Source of the DNA: Lenisia limosa
Taxonomy: Eukaryota > Protista > Breviatea
DNA length: 63,962 nucleotides
Assembly: GCA_001655205.1 (NCBI GenBank)
Contig: LPNZ01011617.1
Location: forward strand, 1-63,962
Direction: 5' to 3'
Shown: piece after piece, positions 60,710 to 63,962 of the stretch
Layout: each line of letters starts with the position of its first letter
Numbering within the stretch: position 1 is the first letter of the stretch
Position numbers and translations under genes: made by a program
Notes under the pieces: model-generated
What the model was told of the DNA's origin: nothing
The model's database searches: none
Seen by the model: only the letters and a program-made list of their open reading frames with translations

Positions 60710-63700
60710 CTAGAACATGACGGAATCTTCCTCGTAAAACGTTTCCTGTGGATAGCCTTCCAAAGGGGGTGCGAAGTCATCGGGATAGTGCCTGCTTTTG
60801 TGAGATGGGTTGAAGAGCTTGGAATGAGGGATATAAAAATTGAAGCACTCCCTCCAACGTATTAAAAGTAGGATTTGTTGTTTCAAACTGGCCTGGCTCT
60901 TCAGGGGGAAACTCTGGTGGAGGCTCATTCTCAGTTGGTGTTTCATAACTTGGCATGGGAAGTTGAATATCCGACTCTTCTGGACTTTCGGATTTAGGCT
61001 GAGTTATCCGTATCTTCGTATCTTCAATAAGCCGTGCGAGCGGGCCTGGGATATGAGTGCCAAGTCAAGGTTTATGCCAGACGCACCTGGTATGCAACCA
61101 GTTTCATGCAAAGCTGATGTGAAGTCCTTACAGACAAGTGGAGGGTCACCGGGGGCAGTTCGTGACGAAATCAAAATCGTTCCATCCAAGTTTACCTATT
61201 TGGTCAGACGAAAAAGGTTCTTGAAAAGTTCCGCTTACTTGGATTGTGAGCGAACAGAGACGCCCGGACATGTTTGGATGATTGAACACCAAGCCCAGTG
61301 ACGTGGCACATGACGTCATTACTTCCACTCTAGACAGTAAGGGCGCGATTGCTTTTTTTTATTAAAAAGAGTTAAAAATTTTAAGTGAGCGATTGATAAA
61401 ATTTGTTAAAATTATTTTTGTACCAGTAGAGTTTTACTTGAGACATGATCCACCATCATCTCTGTAGACATGGTCCACTAACGCAGAGAAGGCCTCAGGC
61501 CCAACACGGGCGACTCTTCTGAAGCCACTCTCAGAGAGACTTGATATGATTGACAACATTAAGACCAAACTGTTTAGGGGAAACAATACCGGCAACAGAT
61601 TCTGCAATGACAGGGATCTTTGAATACTCTTCGGACTCCGCAAAAACACAACAGCAACCCCAGTTACAACAGTAAAGACGGAGACCATGGCAAGAGACAA
61701 CAAAGTAAAATGTTGATGAAGTGAATGCATTTAATTAAAAAAATAAAATAAAAATCAATCGCTCACATAAAATAAAAAATAAAAAATAAAAAAAGGGAAA
61801 ACAATTTATAAAAATATAAAAATCAATCGCGCCCTGAGGGTTATTTATGACACACGCCTACCGGGTATAGTTGGGTTCTTCTGGAGGTATCTCAATTTCC
61901 GTTTGTTTTGGTGTGGATTGCTGGGGCTCCACTTCAGGAGTCTAAAGTGTCAGTATTTCAGTGTTCCAGTTGAGGGGTGCTCAATGATAGAAGAAAAGCC
62001 CAACAACGCTCTTCACTATTAATATGTAACTTTACACTGAACAGTAACCCACATCTCTCAACTCCACAACAGGAGTACCTTGAGTTGAGTCGGTTTGTGC
62101 GCTATCAAGACCATAGGGGAAGTCTAAGGCGTGAGGCGAGAACATCATAACAGCATGCTTACAAGGAGGCGGGATTGCTCTGGGCGGACCCGAGTACGAC
62201 ATCAGCGATTTGAGCTGTTCTCGCGCCTGACCTTGTCGGTAATTGGTACAAGAACTAGTAAACAGCACATATGAGGACAATCACCAGACCTTCCCAGAAT
62301 TCAACGTTTCCTTTTCCTACTTTTAGAAGTGAAAGAGTCGGCTGGGAAAAGCGACTTTGTGAGGAAGCCAAAGACGATCGCTTGTTGGATCACCTGGTCG
62401 TTTACAAGAATTCGTTACCATAATATTTGTATACTTTTGATCATTACTTGACCTTCCAAAGAACGGAATATTAAATTATCTCACACAGAGAAGCAAGACA
62501 ATGAAAGAGGGCCATCCATACCTGAATAACATTTTCGAGGTTTTCGAGGGAGTTCATGGGGACACGCGACACCATGCATCCGGGACATTCATCTTCACCT
62601 CTTACAAACATAAGAGCTTGGTTGGATTCTACCTATTCAGTGTCAGATTAAGTTCCGACATGATTTACGATACAACAAAAAGTAATAGCCCCTACATAGG
62701 GCCTGAAGAGATCAATGCCGCGCGCGGAGGGCTGTGGGAAGTCGGGACCTTCAAGTAGGCCCTGAAAGAGTCAGTTGTGTTAAAACAAATGAAGAGAGAG
62801 ACTCACTCGGAACGAAATGACTTTCTCGGGCAGCACCTTTTGGAGACACATTGAATTGAACTCCAGCCTGTAAAGTAAGAAAAGCTACAGTACAAAATAT
62901 CCGGAGAAAGATACATATCAATTGGAACATATTAGTAGCAGATTTTTAAGGTGACATTACTCCCACAAACAATGAGTGTTTGTTTCGAACAAGGTGATCA
63001 GCAACACAGATTTTGACCTCTTTTTTCTGGATGATAAGTGGGCAGAACGGCAAATATTTATACATTAGGAATGGGCTCTAATACAGCACACCTTTTTAGC
63101 CTTGCAGTGGGGGCAACCTCGACAGTTAAGAACTTCACAATTCGTTTTAGGAGTTTTCTTTGTCTCATTCTAAAACAAAGTTAAGGGAATGAATAATGTG
63201 TTTGAGCTATTTATTCTTTGGGTCCCGACTTTACGGTGTATTTTTTTGAAAAAGGCGTGGAGCTTTTTGCTGAGGTCCACTGGGAAGGCGACAGGAGGGT
63301 CAAGTCGGAGAACAAAACGCGGAACGTGGTTTCTGTGTCAATTATAAGGCTGTGTAATACAATGTCAATAAGATAAACAGTTTTAAAACTAAAGATAATT
63401 TGATTGCTTAAATGAATGGTAGTTCCGCCCGAGCATACGAACGAGGGAGAGCTTCTTGAGTTGTTGGTTCTTCATTTCGCTCAGTTTCAAACATCAAAAG
63501 GCCATAGTACTTCTATACTATTAGAAATAATATGACCGGACTAACTCTTCCGGACCAGTCTGTGTAATAGTGGTATCGTGTTTCTCCCTCCAGTGCTTGC
63601 TGGTATCTAAGGAGTAAGGTGCTTGCCACATCAGGACCCACCCATTATTTCGCATGTTTTGAAGGTGTTCCACGATGGCTTTCAAAGTGTGTTCCGGCCA

Positions 63701-63950
63701 CGATGATAACGTCAGTAAGTCATCTAAGAACTAGAGCATCAGGGGTATTGATAAGACTTGGTGTACCTGGGCAACATTCGAAAGCTCGCTTGCGGAAGGA
63801 GGGGAATAGGCGTCCCCGGTCTGAAGAGCATTCCAGTCGAGCTCGATACACTCCTTGGCTTGCTCGGTGAGGGGAATGGAAGGTACCCAATTTCTTTCAT
63901 CTTGAACTTGGACTACAGCAGTAATCTTGGCTGCTGATACTCCCATCTGG
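60710..63950 (-). CDS. Hypothetical multi-exon protein, 5' end beyond the window
   Basis: Exon chain with canonical splice sites: DDLLTLSSWPEHTLKAIVEHLQ; LEFNSMCLQKVLPEKVISFR|GLLEGPDFPQP; VESNQALMFVRGEDECPGCMVSRVP; TPEVEPQQST...|VEVMTSCATSLGLVFNHPNMSGRLCSLTIQ|VNLDGTILIS...; family not recognised. Confidence 0.5.
61341..61834. mobile_element. PIF/Harbinger-like internally deleted element (494 bp) in an intron
   Basis: TAA|GGGCGCGATTG...CAATCGCGCCC|TGA; second inverted pair GTGAGCGATTGAT (61385) and ATCAATCGCTCAC (61754); internal - strand ORF 61434-61730 contains LSESGFRRVARVGPEAFSALVDHV. Confidence 0.7.
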
Positions 63951-63962
63951 GGGGGGGGGGGG

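Noticed and set aside
61146-61328. Independent gene starting at ATG 61271 with CRE-like TGACGTCA promoter motifs
   Set aside because: The segment splices in frame to the upstream exon across the Harbinger-containing intron, so it is more simply an internal exon.
1-63962. Endogenous giant-virus, Polinton or prophage region
   Set aside because: No capsid, packaging ATPase, protein-primed polymerase or integrase motifs seen; genes are intron-rich eukaryotic families.

Overview
This is eukaryotic nuclear DNA: AT-rich, gene-dense and very intron-dense, mostly with GT-AG introns of 30-120 nt. It looks like a protist draft assembly with many N gaps; the taxon cannot be determined from the sequence. 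The six-frame ORF track is largely uninformative, so I spliced genes by eye and all CDS coordinates are approximate gene spans. Genes in order: AlbA_2/Schlafen-domain gene (-), RWD-RBR E3 ligase of RNF14 type (+), QTRT2-like TGT subunit (-), a 13-kb TRANK1-like SF1/UvrD helicase (+), ADAM-like membrane protein (-), tRNA-Phe(GAA) (-) next to a degenerate RNase H-bearing non-LTR retrotransposon, WDR75/UTP17 (-), RAD51B-like (+), METTL18/HPM1 (-), a very large Glu/Lys-rich IQ-motif repeat protein (+), an orphan (-), DUF4787 (+), a Tc1/mariner-type MITE, a secreted orphan (-), flotillin (-), NAA35/MAK10 (+), and an orphan (-) whose intron holds a PIF/Harbinger-like deletion derivative. The strongest leads are four. 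(1) A retroelement whose RNase H domain is split across opposite strands by a clean 5' inversion, sitting just upstream of a tRNA gene. (2) An ADAM with no prodomain, no zinc-binding motif and an added TSP1 repeat. (3) A TRANK1-like helicase missing its motif-IV block, near an AlbA_2 gene with a degenerate active site. (4) Strand-polarised G-runs and C-runs at intron ends. No prokaryotic, viral or CRISPR system is supported.
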